Source: Pelolinea sp. (GTDB taxonomy: Bacteria; Chloroflexota; Anaerolineae; Anaerolineales; Anaerolineaceae). Taken from it: a stretch of 40,406 nucleotides of DNA. Of the stretch, positions 38,921 to 40,406 are shown one piece after another; positions within the stretch are counted from its first letter, which is position 1; the number at the start of each line of letters is the position of its first letter. The notes below the pieces were generated by a model, which saw only the letters and a list, made by a program, of their open reading frames with translations, was not told where the DNA came from and ran no database searches. The stretch lies in assembly GCA_030655835.1 (NCBI GenBank), contig JAUSPC010000063.1, forward strand, positions 1 to 40,406, given 5' to 3'. Made by a program: the position numbers and the translations under genes.

Positions 38921-40282
38921 ATGCGTAGTTTGCTTTTTTGGCTCATATTCCTTTTTTCACTAATAACTGTTGCTTCTGTTTTAAGCATATTATCTGTTTT
39001 CAACATTATCCAAACGGATTCTCTTTTAACAGGTCGAATAATATTTCCATTTACGTTCTCTATTTTAATTTCCTTCTTGTTTTCATATATTATCTCCTCC
39101 CGATATTCTCGGCCGCTCAATAAGATCGCGGATTACCTAGATAACCCTTCGAAATTAGATGCTATTCTTTATTCTTCTAAATTCTTACCCTCAGAGATCA
39201 AGAAAATTCTAATTGCCTCCCAAAAGAAGCAAAACAAAAATAGAGATATTCAATCTGAACTCGCCGCTGATAAAAAATTATTCAAATCAATTCTTTCAAC
39301 CATGAACGATGGTGTGATCATAACCGATATAGCTGGAAATGTTTCTTTAATTAATACATCTGCTAAACATATTTTTTCTCCTAATCATGAAAATATAATC
39401 GGTAATTCTTTAGCGGAAGCACTTAGAAATCATAAAATAAATGAATTATGGGAGAAATGTATACATTCAAAACATCAGGAAATGACCTATTTTGAAACAT
39501 CACCCCAAAAATCATTTATTCAATGTATCGCAACACCTCTTGATCCTGAAATGCCGGGAAATATTCTGTTCATATTTCAAGATCAAACCCGGATGCGCCA
39601 GCTTGAAATCGTTCGCCGAGATTTTGTGAGCAATGTTTCCCATGAACTACGCACGCCTTTAACGTCTTTAAAACTCATCACAGAAACACTTCAAACAGGT
39701 GCTCTTGAGGATCCTACCGCGGCGAAAATGTTTGTTGACCGTATGGATGGGGAAGTTGATAACCTGACCCAAATGGTAGAAGAGCTGCTGGAGCTCTCGC
39801 GGATCGAATCTGGCAAAGTACCACTAGAGAAACAATGGGTAAGACCATGCGACTTGATAAATAAAAACTGTGAAAGAATGTTAATGCAAGCGGAAAGAGC
39901 AGGCCTGTCATTGTCTTATCAATGTAATGATGATCTACCAAAAATTAATGTAGATCCACTTCGAATAGGCCGTGTGCTGGTTAACATTATTCATAATGCC
40001 ATTAAATTCACTCCTCCTGGTGGACAAATAGAATCATCTGCTTATTATGAAAACAATACCGTAATCTTTTTCGTCAAAGATACCGGAGTAGGTATTCCTC
40101 ATAAAGATATCGAACGCATCTTTGAAAGATTTTATAAAGCTGATCCCTCTCGTTCAAACCATGGAACCGGCTTAGGATTATCCATTTCAAAGCATATTGT
40201 TGAAAGCCATGGCGGAAAGATTTGGGCAGAAAGTACACCGGCGCTTGGCAGTAAAATTCTTTTCAACATTCCTTTATATTAA
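38921..40282 (+). CDS. Sensor histidine kinase (PhoR-like; 2 TM, PAS, HisKA, HATPase)
   Basis: Two closely spaced TM helices. PAS (MNDGVIITD..G..N). H-box FVSNVSHELRTPLT, N-box NAIKFT, DTGVGI, FERFYK, GTGLGL. Confidence 0.92.
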   Translation: MRSLLFWLIFLFSLITVASVLSILSVFNIIQTDSLLTGRIIFPFTFSILISFLFSYIISSRYSRPLNKIADYLDNPSKLDAILYSSKFLPSEIKKILIASQKKQNKNRDIQSELAADKKLFKSILSTMNDGVIITDIAGNVSLINTSAKHIFSPNHENIIGNSLAEALRNHKINELWEKCIHSKHQEMTYFETSPQKSFIQCIATPLDPEMPGNILFIFQDQTRMRQLEIVRRDFVSNVSHELRTPLTSLKLITETLQTGALEDPTAAKMFVDRMDGEVDNLTQMVEELLELSRIESGKVPLEKQWVRPCDLINKNCERMLMQAERAGLSLSYQCNDDLPKINVDPLRIGRVLVNIIHNAIKFTPPGGQIESSAYYENNTVIFFVKDTGVGIPHKDIERIFERFYKADPSRSNHGTGLGLSISKHIVESHGGKIWAESTPALGSKILFNIPLY

Positions 40283-40296
40283 AGGAACTAATCTCC

Positions 40297-40344
40297 TTAA
40301 CCTGCTCTTAACAAATCTGCTATTCTCCGTTAACCATCATTAAG
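40297..40344 (+). promoter_or_regulatory. Phased TTAAC direct repeats, candidate Pho box / OmpR-family binding site
   Basis: TTAAC at 40297, 40308 and 40330 (11- and 22-bp spacing), plus TTAAG at 40340. Confidence 0.5.
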
Positions 40345-40406
40345 TAAGATAGTGATTGTAAAACTAAAATTAAAAGGATGTAATGCACCCCTTAAGTTGG
40401 ACAGAT

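Overview
Bacterial chromosomal window, most likely from an Anaerolineae-type Chloroflexota (inferred from gene order and protein style; not verified). From left to right it contains: (i) a minus-strand operon of a SorC/DeoR-type sugar-binding regulator plus AcoA/AcoB/AcoC-like (E1a, E1b, E2) dehydrogenase subunits, with a 15-bp inverted-repeat operator candidate; (ii) a probably leaderless comM/yifB, a nucleoside hydrolase, an orphan lipoprotein and a heavily decayed CE7 acetylxylan-esterase pseudogene that the ORF track mostly misses; (iii) a dcw cluster (mraZ-rsmH-ftsL-ftsI-murF-mraY-murD-ftsW-murG-[CvpA-like]-murC-murB-ddl-ftsQ-ftsA-ftsZ) with three MraZ boxes, no murE and a divergent MurG; (iv) nrdR-nrdJ (class II RNR) with an NrdR box, then a deoxynucleoside kinase; (v) an ECF sigma / ZAS anti-sigma / beta-helix membrane lipoprotein trio that looks like a split SigW-RsiW system; (vi) a bi-domain oxidoreductase, heparinase II/III-like protein and GT4 coupled to a PhoP/PhoR-like two-component system, followed by phased TTAAC repeats. 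I found no rRNA, tRNA, CRISPR array or mobile element. Most of the window is housekeeping. The best candidates for something undescribed are the split-RsiW module, the orphan glycan-modification triad joined to phoPR, the CvpA-like gene inside dcw and the sugar-regulated Aco-like complex. All family calls come from motif recognition by eye, with no database search.
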